Assembly (NCBI GenBank): GCA_965203575.1
Contig: OZ241894.1
Span: 3,724,322 to 3,788,321 of the forward strand
Reading direction: 5' to 3'
DNA length: 64,000 nt
From: Candidatus Aldehydirespirator sp.
Lineage (GTDB): Bacteria > Actinomycetota > Acidimicrobiia > Acidimicrobiales > Aldehydirespiratoraceae
The notes under the pieces are model-generated. The model had not been told where the DNA came from and made no database searches. It saw only the letters and a program-made list of their open reading frames with translations. Made by a program: the position numbers and the translations under genes. Every line of letters starts with the position of its first letter. Positions within the stretch are counted from its first letter, which is position 1. This document shows positions 8,045 through 16,765 of this stretch, piece after piece.

Positions 8045-9841
8045 TCAGGGGGCTCCGGCGGCTGATCCGGCCCATATGAGGGGATCGGGGGCGGTCTGGT
8101 CGAGGATCATCGAGACGGCGGCGTATTCGGCCGGCGTGCCGTCGGCGAGTTGTGTGGGGATGCTGCGCACTTCGGTGTGCTCGAAGGTGGACAGCATCAG
8201 CGTCACCGGGGTCGGCTCGATCACGTCGATGACGGCTCCCGATGGGTCCACATACGCCGCGTAGACCGCCAGTTCGTCGACGCGGGCCGCGGCGACCGCC
8301 GCGGCGAGGCGCGGGTGAGACACCGGCGCTTGATGCTCGATCTCCACCGTGACGCTGTCGTAGGGGCCCGACTCGGGGATCTCGCCGGCGACCCAGCGGT
8401 GCTCGGGCTCGGGGTCGCGGTCGATGCTGGTCGTGTAGCGGGTGTAGTTCATGTGCAGCGAGCGGGTCACATCGATCGTCGGGGACAGGTCCGCTGACAC
8501 CTCGAAGCCGATGTCTGACGGGGCCGCCGATCCCGCCCATTGCTCGATCTCGAAGGGCAGGACCTCGCCGGGCTGCACCGCCAGCGGGAACCGCCACACC
8601 CCTTCGCCGCCGGCTGGGTCCGCGGCCTCGACCACGACGTCTCGGGCCCACAGCGACCGCGACCGGTTCTGGGCCAGGCCCCGCAGCACACCGCCGGCCA
8701 CGCTCACCGTCTCCGCCAGAACCTCCAGCGAGTCCACCGGCGCCCCCACCGCGAAAGCAGGCCCCGCATAGCCCATAGGACTCTCCGGCGGCGCCGCCGA
8801 AGTGCCGCCGCCGGAGTCCCGCAGCCCGCGGTAGGCGTCCACCGCGGCGGCCGCGGACGCCTCCGCTGGGGTCGGGCCGAGGTGGGTGACATACACATAG
8901 CGGCCTGCGGCGGCCTGCGCGGCGGCGCACTCCACGCCGTCGGCCGCCCGCGCCTCGACAACAGCCTGCATGGCCCCGGCGCCGATCGCCATCGCGTGGT
9001 CGATCCCGCCCGGAGCCCACTCCGCGGGCGCGCCGCTGTAGGCCACCAGCGCCTCATGGTCGTCGCAGACGTCGAGCACCTCGCCCACCCACCGGCCCCA
9101 CCTGGGATCGGGATGGCCCCACCGCGACCACAGCCGGCCCCCCTCCCCCAGCGCAGATGACGACTCCACACCCCCACACAGCGGCCCGGGCCAACCGCAC
9201 GGACCCGCCGCGTCCAACGCCGCCACATCAGCGCCGGCATCATCACAGAGCCGGCCCGCCTTGCACCGCAACAACAAACGACCCCCCACCACAACCCGAT
9301 CCCCCACCACCCGAGCGGCCGCCGGACCGCCGTCGGCGGTGGTGCCCGGCACCCCCGCACCCAAATCCGGGACCCCTACGCCCGGCACCCCCGCACCCAA
9401 ATCCGGCACACCGGGACAATCCCCCGGCGCGCACACCCTCGCCGACCGCCCAGACAAGCCCTCACCCGCACCCAGATCAGGCACACCCCCAGACGACACC
9501 ACACCCCCCACCCCCGAAACACCGCCACCATCAGACACCGCATCCACACCGCCGCCCCCACCAGACACCGCACCCGGAGCCTGCCCCGACCCCGCACCGC
9601 CGCCCCCACCAGACACCGCACCCGAACCGCCCGAAACCGCCTCGCCACTCACATCGGGCGCCTGCCCCGACCCCACACCCCCGTCCGCTCCAGACACCGC
9701 ACCCGAACCGCCCGAAACCGCACCGGCGCCGGACGGCCGCGCCCCGGGCCCACCCCCACAACCACAAACCACAAGCACCGCCGCCGAGACCGCAGCCAAA
9801 AGCCTCAACAACACCCCAACCCCGCCAAGATCACCCATCAT
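8045..9841 (-). CDS. lipoprotein with Gly/Ser/Val-rich low-complexity linker and an uncharacterised C-terminal domain
   Basis: Start placed at MMGDLGGVGVLLRLLAAVSAAVLVVCGCGG (signal peptide plus lipobox-like VVC). Its ATG overlaps the stop of the upstream pilin-like gene (ATGA). The low-complexity region has GAVSGG and VPDLGAG repeats. Confidence 0.6.
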   Translation of the reverse strand: MMGDLGGVGVLLRLLAAVSAAVLVVCGCGGGPGARPSGAGAVSGGSGAVSGADGGVGSGQAPDVSGEAVSGGSGAVSGGGGGAGSGQAPGAVSGGGGGVDAVSDGGGVSGVGGVVSSGGVPDLGAGEGLSGRSARVCAPGDCPGVPDLGAGVPGVGVPDLGAGVPGTTADGGPAAARVVGDRVVVGGRLLLRCKAGRLCDDAGADVAALDAAGPCGWPGPLCGGVESSSALGEGGRLWSRWGHPDPRWGRWVGEVLDVCDDHEALVAYSGAPAEWAPGGIDHAMAIGAGAMQAVVEARAADGVECAAAQAAAGRYVYVTHLGPTPAEASAAAAVDAYRGLRDSGGGTSAAPPESPMGYAGPAFAVGAPVDSLEVLAETVSVAGGVLRGLAQNRSRSLWARDVVVEAADPAGGEGVWRFPLAVQPGEVLPFEIEQWAGSAAPSDIGFEVSADLSPTIDVTRSLHMNYTRYTTSIDRDPEPEHRWVAGEIPESGPYDSVTVEIEHQAPVSHPRLAAAVAAARVDELAVYAAYVDPSGAVIDVIEPTPVTLMLSTFEHTEVRSIPTQLADGTPAEYAAVSMILDQTAPDPLIWAGSAAGAP

Positions 9842-10357
9842 TCCAGATTGCACGCCGGCGTCACGTCCCAGCCACCGCCGGGCTGCTTCAGCGTGCCCTC
9901 GTGGACCTTCACCGTCCGCGCAATGTCCGAATAGATCACACCCAACTGGCGGCACCTCGCCCCGTAGGCGCCGTTGATACGAACAACATCCTCCGCCGTC
10001 GCCGGCGTCTCCGCCGCCCAGCGCCGCTCCAGGTCGGTCGCCGCCAGATCAGCCGCCTGCTGACGGGCACTGTGGGACTCCACCTGCTCAGCAGTGCCGC
10101 CAACCACACCCTGCACCCCCACCACCGCCAACGCCGCCAAACCCGCCACCGCAGCCACCACCAACAACCACTCCAACGACGTCAACCCCGCCTCGCCGCG
10201 CTCGTCGCGACACACCCGCCGAACCGACCCCCTCAGGGATAACTCACCCCCTCACCCCGCGCGCACCCCTCGGGATCCTCCGCCTCCATGCACTGCCGGC
10301 GCACATAGTCCTGATAAGGCTGATTCACACTGTTCTCATAATCCAACGGCACAACCA
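9822..10357. repeat. 536-bp segmental repeat, copy 1 (pilin-like gene plus 3' end of lipoprotein gene); partner at 15209-15743
   Basis: Near-identical sequence by direct comparison of the two stretches. The encoded 125-aa proteins are identical. Confidence 0.9.
9838..10215 (-). CDS. pilin-like protein (Flp/TadE-type class III signal-like N-terminus), copy 1
   Basis: 125 aa. MCRDERGEAG/LTSLEWLLVVAAVAGLAALAVVG has Gly, then Glu at +5 followed by an aromatic residue and a hydrophobic helix, as in Flp/Tad prepilins. The C-terminal 80 aa have two Cys. Confidence 0.5.
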   Translation of the reverse strand: MCRDERGEAGLTSLEWLLVVAAVAGLAALAVVGVQGVVGGTAEQVESHSARQQAADLAATDLERRWAAETPATAEDVVRINGAYGARCRQLGVIYSDIARTVKVHEGTLKQPGGGWDVTPACNLE

Positions 10358-11099
10358 TCTCAGGATTGTCCCGCATCCACAAACGCAGAAACTCCAGATA
10401 ATAGTCACGGCGTGTCTTCAACAACTCGTCACGATACTCACGATCCAACGAAGGATACGATGCCGCAAACTTGTGGCACTCATGTTGGAAGTCGTCAAAA
10501 TCATCCCCAGTCATGCCATACTGCTCCTGATAGGATTCGAACATCTCTGCCGAAATAAGATAGTACCCATCATCGTAGTAATATAGCCTTATGTCTGGCC
10601 ACCGCGACTGTGTGCTGCACAAGTCCAGCGAGTCATAGAACGCGTCGCGGAGGAGGCTTACAGCCCGTTCAACCTTCGGCGGCATGGCCTCACTAGCCCC
10701 GAAGAACACGAGTTTGACAACCTGCTCGAAGTGGTCGCGGTCGCGCGCCTCAGGGCTGAGCGACCGGAAGTCTTCGCTCATGACCGCCTCCTCTTCAGCC
10801 GCTCGACGCTCCTCGAATGTCCGGTAGCGCGCCAGAGCCGAGCCGAACCGGTTGGAGATATACTCGTTCACAAGATGATCTACACCGATCTCCTCCTCCG
10901 TGTACCCGCCAAACTTCACACCTTGCGTGCTGCCAGCAGTGCCTTGGGCCTCTGGTGATGCTGACACTCCTTCTGTCGGACTGTTCGCATCGCTGCATGA
11001 CACTGCCAACACGACAACCAACCCGACCAGCACAGTCCATATCCACAGCCATCTTGACGGCGATCGAAGCGCTCTAGAATGCACAGCACTATACCTCAT
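10233..11099 (-). CDS. lipoprotein, candidate immunity protein for the PLA2-like toxin (family member 1)
   Basis: Start placed at MRYSAVHSRALRSPSRWLWIWTVLVGLVVVLAVSCSD (lipobox AVSC). The ATG lies 11 nt inside the 3' end of the toxin gene. The C-terminal block HECHKFAASYPSLDREYRDELLKTRRDYYLEFLRLWMRDNPEMVVPLDYENSVNQPYQDYVRRQCMEAEDPEGCARGEGVSYP recurs after every toxin cassette. Confidence 0.6.
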   Translation of the reverse strand: MRYSAVHSRALRSPSRWLWIWTVLVGLVVVLAVSCSDANSPTEGVSASPEAQGTAGSTQGVKFGGYTEEEIGVDHLVNEYISNRFGSALARYRTFEERRAAEEEAVMSEDFRSLSPEARDRDHFEQVVKLVFFGASEAMPPKVERAVSLLRDAFYDSLDLCSTQSRWPDIRLYYYDDGYYLISAEMFESYQEQYGMTGDDFDDFQHECHKFAASYPSLDREYRDELLKTRRDYYLEFLRLWMRDNPEMVVPLDYENSVNQPYQDYVRRQCMEAEDPEGCARGEGVSYP

Positions 11100-14000
11100 C
11101 GGTACCGTAGCTGATTCGGGACATCGGGTATAACCGCACTCCAAGCTTCATAGCATCGGCAACCTCCCTGCATTTCTCCACATCAGCATCCTCAAGGGTC
11201 CACGTATAGTGTTTATGGGTCACTGGTGTGCGGCCTTTATTGGCTTCACATAGGCGTTTGAGGTCCTCGTTGAATCTGTCGTCTGCTTGTTTTCGTGTGG
11301 TCTCGTTCCATGCGCCTGCGTGTTGGAGGTGGTGCTCGACCCGGTAGAGGTTGCGCCAGTTGAAGTCGTGTCTCATGCAGGCGAACACGAACGACACCGT
11401 CTGGGTTCCGAACGTGGCGTGGTCGCGGATGTATTGGGCCAGGTCCACCAGTCGGGGAGTCATGTACAGCGCGCTTTCTCCGTATTCGCTGAGGATCAGG
11501 GCGTTGATCCCTGATTCGAGGCCTTGGACCAACTCCTGGGGGATGCTGCATCTGTCGGTGATGAACGGCAGCCACGGATACTTTGCGCTGGGCGGGTCGA
11601 ACGGATCGTTGAGATCGGTGGGGCAGGCGGAGTCGGCGCCGTAGCAGATGCTCCCTCTGGCGTCGAGGAACTTCTCGAGGGTCAACCCGCCAGAGACGGT
11701 CTTGCCGACCTCCTTGACATCGCGGTGGACCTTGACGGCTCGGGGGAATGTCACGGCCAGCTCGAACTTGCCCTCGCCGGCGGTGCTTTGGGTGGGGGCG
11801 ACCTCTATGAGGTAGTCGCCGCCAGGCAGCGCCCGCGTGATGACGGGATCGGCACCCTGGCGCGCCATCGCTGACGCGACGCGCTGCGCCCGGCGCTGTG
11901 CCCTTCCGGGCCCCGCCGGCGCAGCATCCCCAGAGTGGAGCTTCCACAGCGTCACCGACGGCGTCCCCCCTGAGCCCACGAGCGGCGGCGGCTTCCGACC
12001 GGGCCGCGACACAGCTGTGAGGACCGGCTTGAGGGCGATGGTTCCCGACAGCGTTTCCGCGGTGTGGTAGGGCACCGAGAACGACCAGTACGCCGCGCTG
12101 CGGCCGCTCTGGCTCAGCGACGTGCAGCCGGGCCCCGCCTCGTCGCCGTAGGAGTCGAACATCGCCCCAACGGAGAGCCGCCCCCACCATGTGCGGCCCC
12201 GGTCATTCAGAGCGGTCGCCGCACAGCCGGCGGGCATCGTCTCCAGCGGCACGCATCTGCGGCTGCCGTCGAAGCGGGGGGCCTTGCCTTCGGGGCATTT
12301 GGCGGTGATCTCGAAGGTGACGGTGTCGGTGCGGCTCTGGGTGAGGAGCCTCTGGGTGAAGTCCACCGCGACGGTGTAGGTGCCCGCGAGCTGAGCGGTG
12401 GCGCTGAGGGTGGCCAGCCCGCCGAACTCGGCATCGTCAGAGGCGTTGACCTTCGCCGTCAGCCCCGGCTGCGACACCGACTTGACCGACACCGCCGCGG
12501 CCGCGGGCGAGAACGTGAAGCGCCTGCTCAACGTCTCACCCACCGTCATTGTGTAGCTGTCCTCCCGGCCCCCGACGGTGATCTCCGGGGGCACGCAGAC
12601 GCGGTCGGCGCGCCGGGTGTGCAACCGGGGGCAGGCCGCCTCCACAGCGAATGTGGGCCGCTTGACGCTTCCGGGCTGCGCCAGCGCCAGAGTCACGGTG
12701 TAGCTGCCCGCATGCGTCGGGGTGCCCGCCACCCCCGCGCCGCTGCCGCTGTCGCGGAACTTGAGGCTCAGCCCCGACGGCTTTGTCGACTCCACCGACA
12801 TGCCCGCGCCCGGCGGCCCGTAGGTCCAGCCCGTGCTGAACAGCTCCCCCACCACGACGTCATGGCTCCCGTCGAGGTCCTTCACCCAGCCCGGCGCCGA
12901 CGCCGACAACCTCACCGTCAACGTGAAGGCTCCCGCGGTGCGCTCATCGCGGTGGGTCGTCTCGATCGTGTGAACACCCGCGGCGAGACCCCGCACCGAG
13001 ACCCGCGGCGCGGCGCCGAAGTCCCCCAGAGGTTCCACGCCGCTGCCGGACGCCGGCAACAGATCCAGATAGGCCGACGCAGCGCCGTCGGGGACCAACT
13101 CCACCGCCACGTCCGCAGCAGTGTTGAGGACCAGCCTGTAGCTCATGGCGTAGTAGGGGGTCTGCGCGTCGCCGCGCTGCGACGACACGCAGCCCGCACC
13201 CCAGCGGCCCGCCACAACGACCGGCGACGCGTCCACCGCGAGATCCTGGCTGCATGAGGGATCCAGCACCTTGAAGACCGCCCGTGCGGTGCTGCGCTTG
13301 AGCCGCGAATGGGTGCAATGCACATACACCTTGATGTCGTCGACAGCCCTCGCTCTGACCGTCACGGTGCGCACCGCGCCGGTTCGGGGGCTGACCGAGG
13401 CCTCGTTGTTGGTCCTGCCCAGCAGCAGGGCGCGGCATGAGGCGTCCGCGGGCGTGACCGTGAACGATGCCGTCATCGTGCCCGGCCCTGTGCGAGAGCC
13501 GCCCACATAGCCATCGATCTGCACCCTCTCAAGCCGCGCATGATCCCCATGGCAGCCCGTCGGCGCCGAACCACCGCCGTGCGCGTCACGATGAGCCTGC
13601 GTGCTCTTCACCCACACCGGATGCACACCAGACCCGAAATCAGGATTGTGAGCATGCTCACCGTCCGCGCAGCGCGGCGGCGCCGTGGTCGTCGTCGGCG
13701 TGACCGGCTCAGGCGGCGCCGTGGTCGTCGTCGGCGTGACCGGCTCAGGCGGCGCCGTGGTCGTCGTCGGCGTGACCGGCTCAGGCGGCGCCGTGGTCGT
13801 CGTCGGCGTGACCGGCTCAGGCGGCGCCGTGGTCGTCGTCGGCGTGGCCGGCTCAGGCGGCGCCGTGGTCGTCGTCGGCGTGGCCGGCTCGGGCGGAGTC
13901 GTTGGGGTTGTGGGTGTGAGGGTGCAGTAGCGGGCGCCTCGGAAGTTGCGCAGGTCGTAGCCGGAATCGCAGTAGTAGGTCCTGTTGGGTGCCCGGGTGG

Positions 14001-14787
14001 CAGTCACAATGCGGCAGATGGACCCGGCCCGGGTCCAGCCGGCCCGGCATCCGGTGACTGTGTCGGGGGCCTGGGAGCGCCGCACGCTGCGCTGGCATCG
14101 GGTGTCGCTCGCGGCGGCCCAGCCCGACGGGCACGGCCCCGGCGTCGCCGGGGCGCGTGTGGCGCGGTAGGTGCGGGTGCACGTCGATCCCGAGCCGCTG
14201 TAGAAGCGCGCGCACGCCGCCCAGCGGCCGCTGCGCACCACCGGCCGCGGCGTGCTGCGAGTGCACTTCGAGCCTCGCAGCGTCCAGCCCGCGCCACAGA
14301 CGTAGCCGCCATTTGACGGCGGACCCTCCCAGCGGGCCGCCTTGGTGTGCACGCAGAGGCTCCCGACCGCGGTCCCGAGGACGCAGTCGCCATAGACAGT
14401 GCTCAACCAGCGGCGCTTGTAGCTCAGCTTGCACGAAGACCCCGACAGCGTCCCGCCGACCAGACACGACAACGCGCCGGGAACCTGCGGGCGCGCCTTG
14501 GTCTCCAGCACGCTGTACCAGCAGCGCCCGTCACGCTGCAACACGCCGCGCACGCACACCGAACGCGTCGCCGGCAACTCGGTGCGCGCCTGCTCGCAGA
14601 CGCCGGAGGACCGGTTGAACGAATACCCCGAATCGCACCAGAGCCGCACCTTCGCAGCGCGGGCGCTCTGAGCCTCAGCAACCCCGAGCCCCCGATCAGA
14701 AAGATCAGGGAACCCGGCCACCCCATACAACAGCACCGACGCCGCCACCAGCACCAGCACCCAACGCCGCGACCTGCGCCGGGCCAT
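11089..14787 (-). CDS. large Sec-secreted polymorphic toxin: Cys-rich repeats, PT-rich linker, Ig-like/beta-sandwich domains, C-terminal prokaryotic phospholipase A2-like domain
   Basis: Start placed at MARRRSRRWVLVLVAASVLLYGVAG. The C-terminus reads ...PFITDRCSIP...VSFVFACMRHDFNWRNLYRVEHH...DDRFNEDLKRLC...EKCREVADAMKLGV. This matches, as I recall it, the Streptomyces-type secreted PLA2 pattern (TDxC..P, ACxRHDFxYRNY, FxxDMKRxC). Mid-region motifs such as AGVAGTPTHAGSYTVTLA resemble putative-Ig repeats. Confidence 0.8.
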   Translation of the reverse strand: MARRRSRRWVLVLVAASVLLYGVAGFPDLSDRGLGVAEAQSARAAKVRLWCDSGYSFNRSSGVCEQARTELPATRSVCVRGVLQRDGRCWYSVLETKARPQVPGALSCLVGGTLSGSSCKLSYKRRWLSTVYGDCVLGTAVGSLCVHTKAARWEGPPSNGGYVCGAGWTLRGSKCTRSTPRPVVRSGRWAACARFYSGSGSTCTRTYRATRAPATPGPCPSGWAAASDTRCQRSVRRSQAPDTVTGCRAGWTRAGSICRIVTATRAPNRTYYCDSGYDLRNFRGARYCTLTPTTPTTPPEPATPTTTTAPPEPATPTTTTAPPEPVTPTTTTAPPEPVTPTTTTAPPEPVTPTTTTAPPEPVTPTTTTAPPRCADGEHAHNPDFGSGVHPVWVKSTQAHRDAHGGGSAPTGCHGDHARLERVQIDGYVGGSRTGPGTMTASFTVTPADASCRALLLGRTNNEASVSPRTGAVRTVTVRARAVDDIKVYVHCTHSRLKRSTARAVFKVLDPSCSQDLAVDASPVVVAGRWGAGCVSSQRGDAQTPYYAMSYRLVLNTAADVAVELVPDGAASAYLDLLPASGSGVEPLGDFGAAPRVSVRGLAAGVHTIETTHRDERTAGAFTLTVRLSASAPGWVKDLDGSHDVVVGELFSTGWTYGPPGAGMSVESTKPSGLSLKFRDSGSGAGVAGTPTHAGSYTVTLALAQPGSVKRPTFAVEAACPRLHTRRADRVCVPPEITVGGREDSYTMTVGETLSRRFTFSPAAAAVSVKSVSQPGLTAKVNASDDAEFGGLATLSATAQLAGTYTVAVDFTQRLLTQSRTDTVTFEITAKCPEGKAPRFDGSRRCVPLETMPAGCAATALNDRGRTWWGRLSVGAMFDSYGDEAGPGCTSLSQSGRSAAYWSFSVPYHTAETLSGTIALKPVLTAVSRPGRKPPPLVGSGGTPSVTLWKLHSGDAAPAGPGRAQRRAQRVASAMARQGADPVITRALPGGDYLIEVAPTQSTAGEGKFELAVTFPRAVKVHRDVKEVGKTVSGGLTLEKFLDARGSICYGADSACPTDLNDPFDPPSAKYPWLPFITDRCSIPQELVQGLESGINALILSEYGESALYMTPRLVDLAQYIRDHATFGTQTVSFVFACMRHDFNWRNLYRVEHHLQHAGAWNETTRKQADDRFNEDLKRLCEANKGRTPVTHKHYTWTLEDADVEKCREVADAMKLGVRLYPMSRISYGTDEV
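13679..13894. repeat. 6 x 36-bp perfect or near-perfect tandem repeat encoding (APPEP[VA]TPTTTT)6 inside the toxin gene
   Basis: The unit ggcgccgtggtcgtcgtcggcgtgaccggctcaggc was counted directly. The last two units carry gtggcc instead of gtgacc. Confidence 0.95.
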
Positions 14788-15148
14788 CACACCCACCGCC
14801 GCAGCACCACGCCACAACCCTCAAACAACGGCTCCCCGCCCCCCCCCCGGCGGGCACGGCAAATCGCCGCCGCCGAACTCAACACCGGCCGCCGGCAGCG
14901 CGGCCCAACCCCAAGAGCCCACCACTCATCGGAGGCCCCCATGCTGCGGTTGTCGCTCCCTGCGGCGACCATGGCGAACCACCCTAGCAGCAGAACAAGC
15001 CTCACATCCCTAGGAGAGTGTTGAGCAACACGGGTTTCTGGCTGCTGGGTTTGCTGGGGTGGCGCGGTGGTTGTGTGGGTGTGGTGGTTGTGTTGGGGGT
15101 TGTTCGGCTCAGGCGGGTGCGCCGGGGGGTGCGGGCGCGGCGCCCGGT
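14716..15148. repeat. segmental repeat, copy 1 (toxin 5' end plus about 360 bp upstream region); partner at 21646-22049
   Basis: Direct comparison. The copies are identical apart from a 30-bp deletion, a C10 versus C11 tract and a few substitutions in the partner. Confidence 0.9.
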
Positions 15149-15224
15149 TGGGGGTCAGGCGGCGGCCGGGAGGGCGAATCGGTGGCCGACCCCGACCGGA
15201 TTACTCAACCGCCAAGATCACCCA

Positions 15225-15602
15225 TCACTCCAGATTGCACGCCGGCGTCACGTCCCAGCCGCCGCCGGGCTGCTTCAGCGTGCCCTCGTGGACCTTCACC
15301 GTCCGCGCAATGTCCGAATAGATCACACCCAACTGGCGGCACCTCGCCCCGTAGGCGCCGTTGATACGAACAACATCCTCCGCCGTCGCCGGCGTCTCCG
15401 CCGCCCAGCGCCGCTCCAGGTCGGTCGCCGCCAGATCAGCCGCCTGCTGACGGGCACTGTGGGACTCCACCTGCTCAGCAGTGCCGCCAACCACACCCTG
15501 CACCCCCACCACCGCCAACGCCGCCAAACCCGCCACCGCAGCCACCACCAACAACCACTCCAACGACGTCAACCCCGCCTCGCCGCGCTCGTCGCGACAC
15601 AC
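15225..15602 (-). CDS. pilin-like protein, copy 2 (identical 125 aa)
   Basis: The track translation is identical to 9838-10215. Confidence 0.5.
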   Translation of the reverse strand: MCRDERGEAGLTSLEWLLVVAAVAGLAALAVVGVQGVVGGTAEQVESHSARQQAADLAATDLERRWAAETPATAEDVVRINGAYGARCRQLGVIYSDIARTVKVHEGTLKQPGGGWDVTPACNLE

Positions 15603-15619
15603 CCGCCGAACCGACCCCC

Positions 15620-15743
15620 TCAGGGATAGCTCACCCCCTCACCCCGCGCGCACCCCTCGGGATCCTCCGTTTCCATGCACTGCTGGCGCACATAGTCCTG
15701 ATGAGGCTGATTCACGCTGTTCTCATAATCCAACTGCACAACC
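15620..15743 (-). pseudogene. 3' fragment (about 40 codons) of an immunity-family lipoprotein gene
   Basis: Translates as ..VVQLDYENSVNQPHQDYVRQQCMETEDPEGCARGEGVSYP-stop. Homology to 10233-10357 ends abruptly at 15743. Confidence 0.7.
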
Positions 15744-15815
15744 GTCACAAGTCCGCGTCGTCACTGCGGTCCCGCACACTCTCGTGGGTCGCTGCCGCAG
15801 CGTCACCGCGCGGGC

Positions 15816-16556
15816 TCATGGAAGCGTCACCCGCTCCGCACGGGCGCACTCCTCGGGATCGTCTGTCTCAAGACACGCCTGGATCATCATATCCTCCCAA
15901 GGCTGGTTGGCTCCCTCGTGATACTCGATGGGCACCACCCAATCAGGATTAGCAGCCATCCATTCCCGCGCAATCTCCACATAGTGCGCTCGTCGCTTCG
16001 CGAGCAACTCGTCACGGTACTCCGGGTCCAGCGTCGGATATGTGGCCGCATACTTGGCGCACTCATGACGCAGATCCAAGAACATCTCCAACGTCAGCCC
16101 AAAGTCCCGCTCATACTGCTCGCCCATGTCCTGGGACACGTCATAGAGCTGCACACCGGGCCAGCCCGCGTCGGCCGCGCACTCATCCATCGCCTCAATC
16201 TCGGCGTCGTACAACACACCGCCTTCTAGAGCGACATCGGGAGGCAGCGTATCGCCCGCTACAGCCAGTATCACCCCGACCCTGACCTCAAAGATGTTGC
16301 GCTCACGCTCATGTCCAGTACCCGCGGAAGAATCAGGAAGATCGCGATTCATCTCCTCAATCGTCCGATATCGGGCGAACCATAATGAACCCGAGATCAT
16401 CTGGTCATCAACGAGTTCATCGAATCCCAGTTCCTCGTCTGTGTACTGGCGTGGAGGATCCTGTGAACTGCATGCCCCAACCACAACAAGCACGACCACT
16501 GCGGTCAAGTATCTCAGCGAACCCTGTCTGAGAGGCCTCTCCATATGTGTCTGCAT
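15816..16556 (-). CDS. lipoprotein, immunity-family member 2 (divergent)
   Basis: 246 aa with lipobox VVGAC. The C-terminal block RHECAKYAATYPTLDPEYRDELLAKRRAHYVEIAREWMAANPDWVVPIEYHEGANQPWEDMMIQACLETDDPEECARAERVTLP is about half identical to the block in the other family members. Confidence 0.6.
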   Translation of the reverse strand: MQTHMERPLRQGSLRYLTAVVVLVVVGACSSQDPPRQYTDEELGFDELVDDQMISGSLWFARYRTIEEMNRDLPDSSAGTGHERERNIFEVRVGVILAVAGDTLPPDVALEGGVLYDAEIEAMDECAADAGWPGVQLYDVSQDMGEQYERDFGLTLEMFLDLRHECAKYAATYPTLDPEYRDELLAKRRAHYVEIAREWMAANPDWVVPIEYHEGANQPWEDMMIQACLETDDPEECARAERVTLP

Positions 16557-16765
16557 TCTCAGGGCGCCCGTCCTCGCTGCGCTAGTGGCTGTAGTTGATG
16601 CTGCCGAACACCACAGTCATGACACCGAGCTTGAAGGCGGCCGAAACGATCTCGCACTTGTCCACAGAAGCCCTCGATAGCGTCCAGTCGAAGCGCTCGG
16701 ATATCTTGGGTTGTCCGCCTGGGCCATCATGCCCTGAGCTTCCCCCCGTTTCGTGGAGGGTTTGG

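Larger units (their letters stand above)
15209..15743. repeat. 535-bp segmental repeat, copy 2 (partner of 9822-10357)
   Basis: See copy 1. The left edge falls 7 codons into what in copy 1 is the 8045-9841 lipoprotein gene (VMGDLGG then stop). Confidence 0.9.

Noticed and set aside
13679-13894. Regular 36-bp tandem repeats (and the GAGCCC-type repeats at 25066-25325), considered as a possible CRISPR array or satellite.
   Set aside because: The units are contiguous with no unique spacers and in-frame inside long ORFs. They encode PT-rich and EP-rich linkers, so they are coding low-complexity repeats and not CRISPR.
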